Source: Vicugna vicugna (lineage: Eukaryota). Taken from it: a stretch of 64,000 bases of DNA. A program made the translations under genes and the position numbers. Shown here one piece after another: positions 51,786 through 63,617 of the stretch (position 1 is the first letter of the stretch; each line of letters opens with the position of its first letter). The notes under the pieces were generated by a model that did not search any database, was not told the origin of the DNA, and saw only the letters and a list, made by a program, of their open reading frames with translations. The stretch is taken from NCBI GenBank assembly GCA_013265495.1, contig MU058059.1, forward strand, positions 3,511,502-3,575,501. Direction: 5' to 3'.

Positions 51786-51910
51786 TGGGGGAGGGTGTAG
51801 CTCAGTGGCAGAGTGCACGCCTTGCACGCACAGGTCCTGGGTTCCATCCCCAGTGCCTCTGTCTTAAAAAATAACCAAGTCAGTAAACCCAAAATGATGT
51901 ATGTATGCAT
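51786..51910 (+). mobile_element. Camelid Vic-1-type SINE with 11-bp TSD
   Basis: gggggagggtgtagctcagtggcagagtgcacgcc..aggtcctgggttccatccccagtgcctc; aaaggcactga (51775-51785) and aaaggcaccga (51911-51921). Confidence 0.88.
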
Positions 51911-53096
51911 AAAGGCACCGACCCACACCCCACACGCTGACACCGTCTTTTTGTGGAAAGACATTTGGGTTTGGCCCTGTCATTTTCTGCTGTAGAAGGT
52001 GTGCACGCACCTCGTCAGGGAGTCGGGGGCTTCCTGGTGGGGCTTCTGCTTTAACCCTTTGGACCCTGAACGCTGAGGAAGCCCTTGGATGTCAGCACAG
52101 TGAAAAAGAAAGAAAGCAGAGGGGGAAAAATCCCCTCCCATTGCAGAAGTGACGTATCCTGTTAAGATGGTTTCATAATGAGGAAATAGTGCAAACACGT
52201 GGTGGGCTGCCCGTCACGGCACTGAGACGTAAGCCTTGTTAACGGGGGTTCTGTGCCGCTCTGCACACTGGTAGGTTTTAGGACATCTGAGTAGGCTCAT
52301 TAAGTAGGTCTCTGCTTTTCTGTGGAGAGAGAAGTTTCCTTCTTCTGAATGACGCCCAAAGAGCAGGCAGGGATGGTTTTTCCACTCAGCTTCGCCAGCT
52401 GAGAATGTGGGAATGTCAGGAATGTTCCTCAGGCTTCCCTCTTTGTTTGAATCCTGCTGGGCCTTGGAGGTGTTTTGGCTTCTGCCCTGGACTGTCCGGG
52501 CCCTGGTGTTCTGAGAATTTCTGACGGGGCGCTGGCCCGGAGGCTGCCTCGGAGCGTCTCCCCAGGGACGGTGTCTCTGAAAGTCACACCCAACCCCTGA
52601 AGTTCCAGGCCCCCACGCCAGAGCCCTCTGCTGGGCTGTCTCCTTGGGGAGGCAGAGCCCAGCTGAGGCCTGTCCTTGTTTGGAAACTTCATGTATTTTC
52701 CACCACTGCTCATTCTTGACATGCAGAATTTTGCTGCTGTGGAATTTATGATGCCAAAAACCTAAGTTTAAGGAATTTTGCCTGAAGCCGACTGGGTGGC
52801 CTAGAGGATTAGACGGTTTACTGGAATAACACCCTTCACTGTGTGCTGAGTTGGGTGTGTGTGTGTAGGATGGGAGGTTTGTGATGCAGGAAGGCACTCG
52901 GAAGAAGCAAGAGGTTCCACCCAGAGCCGACTTACCTCAGCCATGAGTGTCGTCGCAGAGCTGGGAAAACCTTAGCTGTCACCACCGACCCACCCCTACG
53001 GCTGCCCGCGCTTTACGAAATACGAAAACCAGTAAAGAGCCAGTCACAGGGCAGCAGACTGTCTTGCGTCTAGAAGTCTTCACGCTGTACCCCTAA

Positions 53097-53367
53097 GATG
53101 GGTTCTCAGTGTCCCATCTAGGTCCCTAGATGTTAATAAATGTTACGAGAAAAAAGGTTAAAAAATAAATGAAGAATTCTGAGTAAAACCAAAACCAGTA
53201 GTTTTCTTTACTCTGGAAAATTTCGGAGCCTTTAAAAATTACTCTGTAAACCTCCAGGGGATTGTTAAAATATGTAGCATTTCTCAAACTTAATTAGCCA
53301 AGAAACCTTTTTTCTGAACAACACTTCAAGGGCACAGGGTCCTGCAGAAGACCTTGGGAAACACCCA
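53097..53367. mobile_element. hAT-Charlie-type MITE fossil
   Basis: gatgttaataaatgttacgagaaaaaagg..ggagcctttaa..gcatttctcaaacttaattagccaagaaaccttttt..ttgggaaacac resembles ancient Charlie-derived MERs as recalled; family unassigned. Confidence 0.5.
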
Positions 53368-55695
53368 GCCCTCTGGCCTCACGTGCCGTTTCATCCTGTT
53401 CAGAACGAGTTTGACCCCTGCGCAGGACTCCCTGTAACAGCTAAGCCAAAGTCACGTTTCCAGTCCCCGATGGTTAGACAGGGAGGTTGGTTCCAGTTGG
53501 TCAGGGTTACTGATGAATCTAGAATGAAGTCTGCTTTCCTCGAGGCCACACCTCTGATCGTTCCCCCTAGAAGTGGAATTGTTGAGGCAAAGTGCGTGAA
53601 CGTTTCCAGGCTCTCTAAATACATTGTCCAGAAGTTTCCCAGAAGGGTCAGGCCCCCTCATCCTGCCGGTTGCTGGAAGCAGTTTCCATCTGTGACAGCT
53701 GAGGGTCTTAGAAGCTCAGAGAAGGCCTTGCCCTGGCCCTCGTCCTGCAGACATCCAGCAATTAAACACCAGCAGCCACACGCACACCCGGACAGAAACA
53801 GCCATTTCTTTTGAGGGGACAGATTGGCTTTTCACAATTCCTTGTGCTTCTTCTAGACAAATGTCACTGGAGAGCTACCTGAACACTTTAATCTGGTTTT
53901 CTAGACATTTTGTTGGGTACTTAGGGAAGAAGGGATTTTGAACTGGCGTCTACTGTGCTCATTTTCCAATAACCTTCCAAGGTGAGATTAAACGAGATAG
54001 TTCTGTCAACCTTGCTTGATGGTGAACTTTGCGTCTAGAAGAGTCGTTTATGAGAGGGTCTCCTCGGTCTTCATTCCGACCCCACGGGAGTGCAGGGATG
54101 TCATGCTGAGTGCTGAGGCTGGCAGCGGTGCTTTTGTTTTATATTTTGTAAGAAGGAAAGTCTCACGTTGTAGCTAGAGGTGATTTATCTTTTTGTCCTC
54201 CACAAATATTACCCTCTGGTCAACGCATTGCTGGGTTTTGGACCTGAGACATGAACTTTAACTCATTAAACCCCCCCGTCCTCTGTAATGTAGTCATTTA
54301 AGTGGTTTCACCAACAGATTTATTTCAAAATGATTCCATTTGGAGGAAGGAAGGAACAAGCAATGCGTCGTATGCAACGATCTAGTCAGTAATTCATGAG
54401 CCCGCACCCCAGGGACCGTCTCAGATTCAGTTCTTGGTTTTATAGCTTGAAATGGACTCTGTCTGAGAAAACGTGCACAGCTCGCTTCTCTTTGTGCTCG
54501 AGTCCACAAGTATCTTGATTTTTGAGAGACATATTTTGTACCAGCTCTCCTACCTCGAGTGTGCAAGTGGGTCATTCTTATGTGGAAGCGGTTTGGGAAA
54601 AATGAGCGTTTTATATAACTGGGCTGAAAGGACACTTGATATGCATTCTCTTCGATTAGCAAAGCAGGGATGTTTAAAAAATACACGGCTTTTTCCTCCT
54701 TTATGGCAGGGGTTCTGATTTTGTGTTCTGCCTCTGGAGTGGGTTGCCAAAGGAAGGACTGAGAATAGATTTATTGATGCTTACGAGGACAGTAGACACA
54801 CAGAGCTGGGCTGTGAGCAATTGTGAACGGCCCTGTCCTCAGTGAGTCCTGGTGAGCAAGGGGCCAGGCCCTCCAGCTGGGAACTCCGGGGTCCATCCTG
54901 AGCCCCATCCAGTCTGGTCCCTTTTCCGAAAACCCCCAGGCACCAGGGAATTTTCTCATTGGGGTGGAGACTTGCTCAAGGGCTGTGGGGCTGGGGACCT
55001 CGCACCCTCTGGTGAGGCCGCGCTAGCCTTCTGCAGGAAGAGGGAAACCTCGGGGACTGACATGCTTCCAAGTTTCAAACGGGATCCCAGTCTGGCCAGT
55101 GCTTATTCAGCGAAGTGTACTGCACGGGAGGTCAGCATGAATGATGGCTTTGTTGTTTGCCAGAGAGAAGCTTCAGAACCCATCCTTCTTTCCCCACAGT
55201 TCCCCCAGCCCACTCCCCAGTAAACACGGCTGCTTTTTTTCAGTTTAAAAATCACTGTACAAATTTGTACAAAGCAGACACTTGTAAGGAAAACTTACAC
55301 ATCACAAGAAATCCCGCTGGTAACGTCTAGAGAAGCACCGTGTCGTACCTGCACGCACGGGCACACCCACACGCGTTTTACCGCAGGTCTGTGTGCTGCG
55401 TACGCTGCTCTGAGACTTTTTTTTCACTTAACAGTATGTCAAGGATCTCTTCCTGTAAATAAAAATCCTCATCATCATCCTAATGCTTGTAAATATTCCA
55501 CTATGTACGTACACCGTTAATGAATTCTCTGTGCTGAGCCTTTAGGTTGCTTTGAATGTCTCCTCTTACCAGGCAGGGGTGAGAGTCCTTGTGTGAGGTG
55601 GGGGACGGGTCACAGAGGTGGACTCTCCAGGTCAAACGATGTGCACATTCCAACTTTTAATATATTAACCGACAGCAGCTTTGAAAGAAGGCCTC

Positions 55696-56660
55696 TTTTC
55701 TAAAATAAAGATTATGTATGTTTCAAGTGTGCAGCATGCTTTCATGTATGTAGACATAGCAAAATGACCATTAACGAGCAGATTTTCTCATATGCTAATT
55801 AGCTATTAGTCAAGCTAATTAGCATATTTTCTCTGACCTTTTTTTAAATGATGAGAACATGTGAAATCTATTCTCTTGGCAGATTTCCAGGCTCACGTAT
55901 TATTGACCACAGTCAGCAAGCTGTCCATCTACCCTCTTAGCCACTGTCAAACATACATATGTTACTGTTAACTGTGGAGCCTCGGCTGCATGCTGCATCC
56001 CCAGGACTTACTTATTTTTATAACTTTGACCCCCTGCATTCATTTCCCCCATCCCCACCCCTGCCTCTGGCAGCCTCCACTCTGTTCTCTGTATCTGTGA
56101 GTTCAGTTTTTGCTTTTAGAGTCCATATATACATGAGACCTTATGACATTTGTCTTTCTCTGTCTGACTTATTTCGCTTAGCATGATGCCCTCAAGTTCC
56201 ACCCAAGATGTCACAAATGGCGAGATTTCATTCTTTTTAATGGCTGAATAGTATTCCTCTCTGTGTGTGTGTGTGTGTAGTATCTTACTGATCCATTTAT
56301 CTGTTGATGAACACTTAGGCTGTTTCCTTGTCTTGGGTATTGTAAACAGCACTGTACATGAGGGTGAGTGTATCTTTTCAAGTTAGTATTTTTCAGGTAA
56401 ATATCCAGAAGAGGGGAGTTGCTGGGTAGTATGACAGCTCTATTTTCGCTTTCTTGAGGACCCTCCATACTGTTTTTTGTGGTGGCTGCACCAGTTCACG
56501 TTGCCAGCAGCAGTGCACAGGGCTCCCTTTTCTCCACACCCACTCCAGCATTTACTATTCGCAGACTTTTTGATGCTGGCCATTCTGACAGGTGTGAGGT
56601 GGTATCTCGTGGTTTTGGTTTGCTTTTCCCTGCTGATTAACAATGTTGAGCATCTTTCCA
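55696..56660 (-). mobile_element. 5'-truncated L1 (ORF2 C-terminus plus 3'UTR), apparently inserted into an older L1ME fossil (about 55250-57000)
   Basis: ORFs 56440-56661 ([28 protein letters not shown]) and 56116-56352 (KQPKCSSTDKWI..YYSAIKKNEISPFVTSWVELEGIMLSEISQTEKDK) match the L1 ORF2 C-terminus; more diverged L1 sequence resumes on both sides. Confidence 0.92.
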
Positions 56661-57545
56661 TAAGTAGCTCTTAAAATGCATCCCTGTGGAGCACGTGAGA
56701 GTGCCTCTCTCCCCAAACCCACACCAACACTGGATGTGATAAATCTTTTTAATATTCAATAAGTTAATACCTACCCCATCGTTGCTTCTGTTTTCATTTC
56801 TCTTATTTCGGTTGGGCATGTTTTAAGATATTCATTGGCAATTTATAACTCTTCTCCTGTGATTTATCTCTCTCTAGAGAGCCTTTGTTCATTTTCCTAT
56901 TGAGCTGAGTTATCTCTTTCTTAGTATCTTTCACAGCCCCTCTGTGATCTAGTCTTAAAATATGTTCAAAGATACTCAGATACAGTCTTCAGAATACATC
57001 TAAAACCTGTGTGTATCCTCAGGATAAGTCTGTCCTGCTCGGGGATAAGTGACACTTGCTCTGTTCACCTTTGGAACGAGGTGTTTGCAGGTTGGCCGCC
57101 GTCCAGACCACAGGGTGAGTGGAGCTGCCCTTCCTGCGCATTCCTCCCTGGAGGTCGGCTGGGGTCTTGTGATCCGGGCCAGCCTCCTCTCTTCGTCCGC
57201 CTGGCAAACATCTTCAACTTGCCACTGTACCACACTAATGACGGTGCCCCGGGGCCATCATTTTAGACAAGTGATGAGCTGTAGAGAAAAGAAAATTCGG
57301 AGGACAGCAACATTTTCAAAAAACACTTGTTTTCGGCTTTGCCCCGGCATGAATTCATGGTCTGTAAACCACAGGCGTCTGTGCGGTTGGGGAGGGAAAA
57401 TGATCTGATGTGAATCCTGGGGAGCTTCTGGGGGGACCCGGGACCCTACAGGAATGATGCAGGATACTGGCTCTCTGTTTGCTGTGGGGCTGCGTGACAT
57501 GTGCTCACCGTGGCCTCAAACCACTCGCTGTTCCTTCCTCTACAG

Positions 57546-57617
57546 TTCCACTCGCTGGCTCCCATGTACTACCGCGGGTCCGCTGCCGCCGTCATCGTGT
57601 ATGACATCACCAAGCAG
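57546..57617 (+). CDS. RAB31: RAB31 coding exon 4 ([24 protein letters not shown])
   Basis: Acceptor ttccttcctctacag| ends at 57545; 72 nt; Rab-family YYRG and VYDIT motifs; donor CAG|gtaaga. Not in the supplied ORF track; read by hand. Confidence 0.97.
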
Positions 57618-58274
57618 GTAAGAATGTCCCCTCTAGAATTTAGGTGACGTTTTTGGTGACTCTCTGTCTGAAACGACCACAGCAGAGACCTCACTGCCCG
57701 AGTCTTGGCTGGAATGAGAGTCCGTAAAATGGTGGTGGGAGATGATGATCACTGGATACTGAGTTTTAGTATCTGGTAGCTCAGTGAAATAAACGATGAA
57801 CATTTTCTAAATTGTCTGTTTGCAGAGGCAAGGTCGTGCCTGCTAATCCCATTCTCCAGAATGTCAGCATTTTAGGAAGAGAAAAATTCTTTTTAGGTTT
57901 CGCATGTTTTAGAATTAAAGATCCTTATTTTCTCTTGGTGTTTCAATCATACAACTTAAAACGCCCAGGATAATGTCCACGTCAGCGTGGTGGCTTTGCG
58001 TGCACATGAGATGGGTGTATTTTTAGTTTTCACATTGAGGCTCCAGGATGTCCGCCAACCAACCAATAACGTCAGTGGTCTGCTGGCATCCCCCCACCCT
58101 GCTCCCGCCCCGGCCCCCGGGAGTGCTGACTCAGCGTTCAGGGCTGCTGCTTCAGTGACTCATCGCTGAGCCCATCGGGAGCTCCTGACCGCTCACCTCC
58201 ATGGAGTGGCTCCCTGGACTGTTTCCTGGAGGTCGGTTATGCGTGACGGACAGAGAGGAAAACAGGACTCTAAA

Positions 58275-58306
58275 ATGTGTGTGTGCGCATGCGCGCACGC
58301 ATGTGT
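58275..58306. repeat. 32-bp perfect purine/pyrimidine alternating tract
   Basis: atgtgtgtgtgcgcatgcgcgcacgcatgtgt. Confidence 0.85.
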
Positions 58307-58662
58307 TTATTTTCTTTTTCTTTTCTGATTAAGTGTGAACATTGTGAGTCCTGTGACTGCACCCTTGTTCATGCCGAGCCAAGGCTGTAAGTTACAAGTA
58401 ATGCTATTTATAGAAGAAAATTATGAATATGATTATCTTAACCTCGTCAAGTTTCAGTGTTAGAAAAGGAACCTTTTACAGCCGATGTGTGGATACCTTC
58501 ACTAACACCAAATTTTGCCCTGCGAGAAGGCTAGTACATTAATCTTCATGTGCCTCCTGAAAATGTTTTTCTTCGTTCATTCATGCTGGGTGTGTGTTTC
58601 TACATGGTTGAAATACTCTGTGAATGAGTCTGTTCTAAGATTGATTTACACTTTTGATTTAG

Positions 58663-58769
58663 GATTCATTTCATACCTTGAAGAAATGGGTGAAAGAATT
58701 AAAAGAACACGGTCCGGAAAACATCGTCATGGCTATTGCTGGAAACAAGTGTGACCTCTCCGACATCAG
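58663..58769 (+). CDS. RAB31: RAB31 coding exon 5 ([36 protein letters not shown])
   Basis: Acceptor cacttttgatttag| ends at 58662; 107 nt; G4 motif GNKCD; donor AG|gtaaga at 58770. Confidence 0.97.
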
Positions 58770-59979
58770 GTAAGAATCATCGAAAAAACTTGCTGTGTGG
58801 TAAGTGCCCTCCACCCCCGAACGTCTGTGTGGTTAGGTCTGTTGTCGGCGTCATCGTTTAACTGGTGTCATTCACTTGTGGGGGTCGAGGTGGTGTTGGT
58901 TCAACCCGAGTAGAATTAAGGGACAATTCTAGGGAAAGGCAGCTTTGATGGAGCGCCGAGGTAGGAATGGATATTAAAGTCAAATCTCCACGCAGCACAG
59001 TCATCCCTGATGCTAGAGGTCTTTGGGCTGAGTGGTTTTGTTATTTTTATTGCTACCTTTTCTGTTACTCTTGTCATCATCACTCCCATGACCATTTTGG
59101 TAGGCAGCACGTTCACGTGGTCAGGAGACTTCGAATTCTTGACATGTTCCATAGCATCCCCGTTTGTCTGAGTTCTAGACTTTAACTTAAGGATGTAGTC
59201 AAGTCTATGCAATCTCACTGTTTTGTTCTAAGATCTGAATACGATGCATCACGTGTGAACACTTTGTGTGTGTGTGTGTGAACAGCGGGAGACACGAGAT
59301 GTTGAACTTCCTCTTTTTGAAGAGAGGTTTGTAGGGACCTAGTCCGCATAGACTAGGCCTTTGACAGGAGTTTTGTCTAGCCTGATACGCTAACTATTTT
59401 TACTAAATAAAACTGAAATAAAAAAGGAGACTGAATTTGCGTTGTCTCCATCCCCTGGTTAATTTGATTCCCAGCCGTTTGAGTGGTTGACTTTCCTAAA
59501 GACAGTGACATCATGCTTGCTGATCCAAAGATGACGACATCGGAGTTCAGCGAACAATCAAAATAGAGCTTGCAAAGCTCTTCACGTGGCCTTTGACAAA
59601 CGGCTCCACTTCTTTGGGATTTCAGAAGCTTTGTATCACGCTGCATCAAGCTGGTTTATAATAACAGCTATAAACACCGCTTAACTGTTCGTTTCTCTGG
59701 GGGCCAGGCAAATCTTAAAACACCCGGACTTAGCTCAGAAGTCTGCCTGCTTTACTGCGCTCCTGAGACCGCCTGCGCGTCTTGAATTCCCCGCCAAGTC
59801 CCTGTAACGTGTCATGGGAAAGAGGCAGGGTGTGGAGACGGCCTCTGCTGAGAGTCATTGCTGTCACCCCACACCATCGAACTGTGGAGGAGGTGTGACT
59901 TTAAGAGGAACGAAGCCTTGTGTGTTCTGGGAGAACTGATGGGTGAGAATTTAAGCAGAAAACAGTTTAAGTGTGAATG

Positions 59980-60660
59980 GAATTAGTTAGGACTCTTGGT
60001 TACATGGAACTGAAACTCAATTGAAATTAATTTCAGGAAAAATGGGAATTTATTGGAAGGTACTGGTGTCCACATGGTGAAAAAACGGGTGCTTTATTAG
60101 CTCTGGTATTTGGTATGTTCCGTCTTCGGTCTCTAGAAAGCCTGGCGCTCTCTTGTTTTTAAATTGCTGTGGGTGGATTGCCCTGCATCATGACAAAGCA
60201 TTTGTGGCCAAAGGAGGGGATGTGAGTAGTCCAGATGATTTTTCCCACCATAACCATGAGAATGGGAGAGCGGGTGGTTTTGAAGCAGGCCAGTTCCTAG
60301 AAAAGTGCAGCCCGGGCTCTGTGAGCTTGGCCACCGGCACCTAAAGCCACACCATTTCTCAGGGTGGAGTTCACTGTTTGTGCCCTGGTACAGCGTTCTC
60401 TTTGAGTTTCTCCATACACAGTTTTCAACATGTCCCACTCACATAACCCTTCTGTCTCACTTCCAACCACAGAGTCACTCACAGCTGCTCCACCCCAACC
60501 AGGAGACAGTCCGAATCCACTTCCAGCTCCAACAGCCAGTGTGACTTCATGGGGCCCCTGTCACATGAGTCCACGTCCCCTGGGTGATGCCATCTGCCCT
60601 CTGGCTTGGCCTCAGGGAGGTCTGAATGTAGCTTCTCCAGCCTCTATCATTGTGGTTTGA
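59980..60660 (-). mobile_element. Old MaLR (MLT1-like) LTR fragment
   Basis: agttaggactcttggttacatggaactgaaactcaattgaaattaatttcaggaaaaatgggaatttattggaagg resembles the antisense MLT1 3' end; right edge uncertain. Confidence 0.45.
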
Positions 60661-60819
60661 AGGGTCAAATAAGTATCTTCTGTTACACGCAAAATTATCT
60701 TAGTTACTTCTTGTTGTTGAATCAAGGAATTAATTCCCTTTGTAAGTCTCCTTCAAACCTCTGACTAAGTCAACAAGAAAGGCTGGTTTGATGCTAGTAA
60801 ATTGAAACTTTTTAAACAT

Positions 60820-63617
60820 TTACTGTATTTTACTGCAATTGTTTACAAATCATAAAATCCATCTTTTTAAAGTATACAGTTCAGTGAATTTTAATCTATT
60901 TATAGAGTTGTGTAGTCATCATCACATCTAATTTTAGAACATTTCCACTCTGCAAAGAAACATCACACCCACTTACAGTCATTCCCGATGTCTGCCTCCT
61001 TCCAGCCTCTGGCAACTGCTAGTCTACCTTTCTGTCTTTATAAATTTGCCTTTTCTGGACATTTTATGTAAATGGAATCATACAATATGTGGTCTTCAGT
61101 GACTGGCTTCTTTCACTTAGTGTAATGTTTTCAAGATCCATCCATGTTGTATGTAGCATGTACCAATACTTCATTCGTTTTCATCGCTGGGTAATATTCC
61201 TTTGTATGGATATACCACTTTTATTTTCTCACTCACAGCTGACATTCAAGTCGTTTCCACTTTTTGGCTATTATAAAAAGTGCCTCTTAGAATAATCATT
61301 TACAAATTTTGTATGGATATATGTTTTCATTTCTTTTGGGTCTATATGAGGAGTAGAATTTTGGAGTCATTTGATAGCAGTGTGTTTAACAATTTGAGGC
61401 ACTGCCAAACTTTTCCAAAGCGGCTACACCATTTTTACATCCCTACCAGCAACGTATGAGGTTCCAGTTTCTCCACGTTCTCACCAGCACTTGTGATTAC
61501 CTGTGTTTTGGTTACAGCCATCCCAATGGTTGGGAAGTTGTTTCACTGTGGTTTGGTTTTATATTTTTATACGACTAATGGTGTTAAACATCTTTTCATA
61601 TGTTTATTGACATATGTATACCTTCTTTGGAGAAACATCTCTTCAGATTTTTCCTCCAATTTTTAGTTGGGTTAATTGTCTTTTTGTGACTGAGTTGTGA
61701 GGGTTCTTTATATATTCTGAACACATATGATTTGTAAATGTTTTCTCTCATTCTGTGACTTGTCTCTTTTTAATCTTTATTTTGCCTCTTGAAGTGCAAA
61801 AGCTTAACATCCAATTTATGGTATTTTTCCTTTTTGTGTCTTGTGCTCAAGTGATTGTCTAATTGAAGACCACAAAGGTTAACTCTTACGTTTTCTTCCA
61901 AGTGTTTTATGGTGTTAGTGCCTGGGTTGAGATCTGTCCTCCATTTTAAGTACTGAGTGGTGTGAGTTAGGTGGTCCACATGAATCTTTTTCCATGTGGG
62001 TATTTAATTGTCCCAGGACCATTGGTTGATTAGATAATTTTTTTCCCATTGAATTTTCTTGGCGTTTTTGTCAAAAATTTGTTGACCATAAATGTAAAGT
62101 CTTATTTAGGGGTTCTTAATTCCATTCAGTTGACGTATACGTCTCCTCTTACGCATTACAATATTATTTAAATTGTTGTCGTGTTTTAGGAAGTTTGAAA
62201 TTAGGAATGGTAAGTCCTCCAATTTTATCCTTCTTTTTCAAGATTGTTTGACTATTCTGGAGGACCCAGAAAAAAACGAATTGCATTTCCATAAGAATTT
62301 GAGGATCCACCCCTCAACTTCTGCAAAAAGGGCAGCTGGAATTTGAATAGGAATTAAACTGAATCTAGAGATTCAGTGTGTTGAATCTCAAGAACAATTT
62401 AGGGGTATTACCATCTTAATATTTTCTTCCAATCTGTGAATAGGAGATGTCTTTCCATTTTATTTAGGTTTTCTGTAATTTCTTTTAGCAATGTTCTGTG
62501 GTTTTCAGTGTATAAGTTGTGCGTTTCTTTTGTTGTATTTATTCCTAAGTATTTTATGTTTTGGATGCTATTGTGAATGGGGGGGTTGTTAATTTCATTT
62601 ACGGCACATTCCTCGCTAGTGATGCAGGGTTATGGTGTCTGTGAATAGAGACAGTTTTACTTCCTCCTTTCCAGTCTGGGTGCCTTTTATTTCTTTTTCT
62701 TGTCTCAGTACCCTGTGTAGACACTCTAATACAATGCTGAGTAGCAGTGACAAAAAGTGGACATTCTTGTCTTCTTCCTGATCTTAGGGGCAAAGGATTT
62801 AGTCGTCTGTTAAGTATGATGTTAGCTGTAGGTTTCGTGTGGATCTTCTTCATCAGCTTGAGGGCGTTCCTTTCTATTCCTAGTTTGTTGAGGCTGTTTT
62901 TTTCTCATCATGAGTGTTGGGCTTTGTTACATGCTGTTTCTGTATCTTTTGAGATGGTCGTATGTTTTTTTCTCCTTTATTCTGTTAATATAATGTATTT
63001 TTATTAACCAATTATTGGACTAGCTGTGCATCTTTGGAATAAATCCCACATATCTGGGGTGAGCAAATCCTTCATGTGTTTCTGGATTGGCTTTGCTGGC
63101 ACTTTGTTGGGGGTTTAGGTCTATAGTCATGAGGGATGTTGGTCCGTAGTTTGTTTTTGGTCCTGTCTGTTGGGTGTTGGTATCAGGGCAGTAGACCTTG
63201 TAGAATGGGCTTAGAAGTGTTCCCTCCTTCTCTGTTTTCTAGAAGAGTTTGTGAAGGATAGGTGCTCATTCTTCTTCGGGTATTTGATGAAATCACCAGT
63301 GAAGCCAGTGGACCTAGGCTTTGTCCTGGAAAGATTTTTAATTACGAATCCAATTTCTTCACTTGCTATAGGCATGCTCAAGTTTTCTAGTATTTCTTGA
63401 GTTAGTTTGACTAGTCCATGTGTTTTTAGGAAGTTGTCCACTTATCTAAGCTATCGAATTTGTTTTCTTATTTCATGGCAGTCTCCCATCACCCTTTCCA
63501 TTTTTATAAGGTTAGTAGTGATGTCTGTGCTTTTAGAACTGATTTTAGAATTTTAGTCTGCTCTCTTTTCTCGTTTGGTCTAGCGGATAGTTTGTCAGTT
63601 TTGTTGATACGTCAAAA
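60820..63617 (-). mobile_element. ~2.8-kb degenerate L1M element (3'UTR to mid-ORF2, including an RT-domain remnant)
   Basis: ORFs 62599-62853 [21 protein letters not shown] (RT domain), 63211-63441 MDNFLKT..LTQEILENLSMPIASEEI..GFTGDF and 61770-61979 DLNPGTNTIKHLEEN; fragmented by stops and frameshifts. Confidence 0.92.

Larger units (their letters stand above)
8788..58769 (+). other. RAB31: RAB31 gene, coding span of exons 1-5 (3'-partial; the last exons are outside the window)
   Basis: Joined exons (39+80+82+72+107 = 380 nt) translate without a stop as [127 protein letters not shown]. This contains G1 GDTGVGKS, G3 WDTAGQ and G4 NKCD and is recognisable as RAB31 (Rab22B). G5 and the C-terminal prenylation cysteines are not in the window. 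Confidence 0.97.

Noticed and set aside
51786..51860. tRNA-like sequences (also 38211-38285 and the antisense copies) as tRNA genes
   Set aside because: They carry A-rich tails and TSDs and diverge from each other; they are tRNA-derived SINE heads.
60820..63617. Potentially active L1 or domesticated reverse transcriptase
   Set aside because: 5'-truncated, internally deleted and broken into short ORFs by stops and frameshifts.
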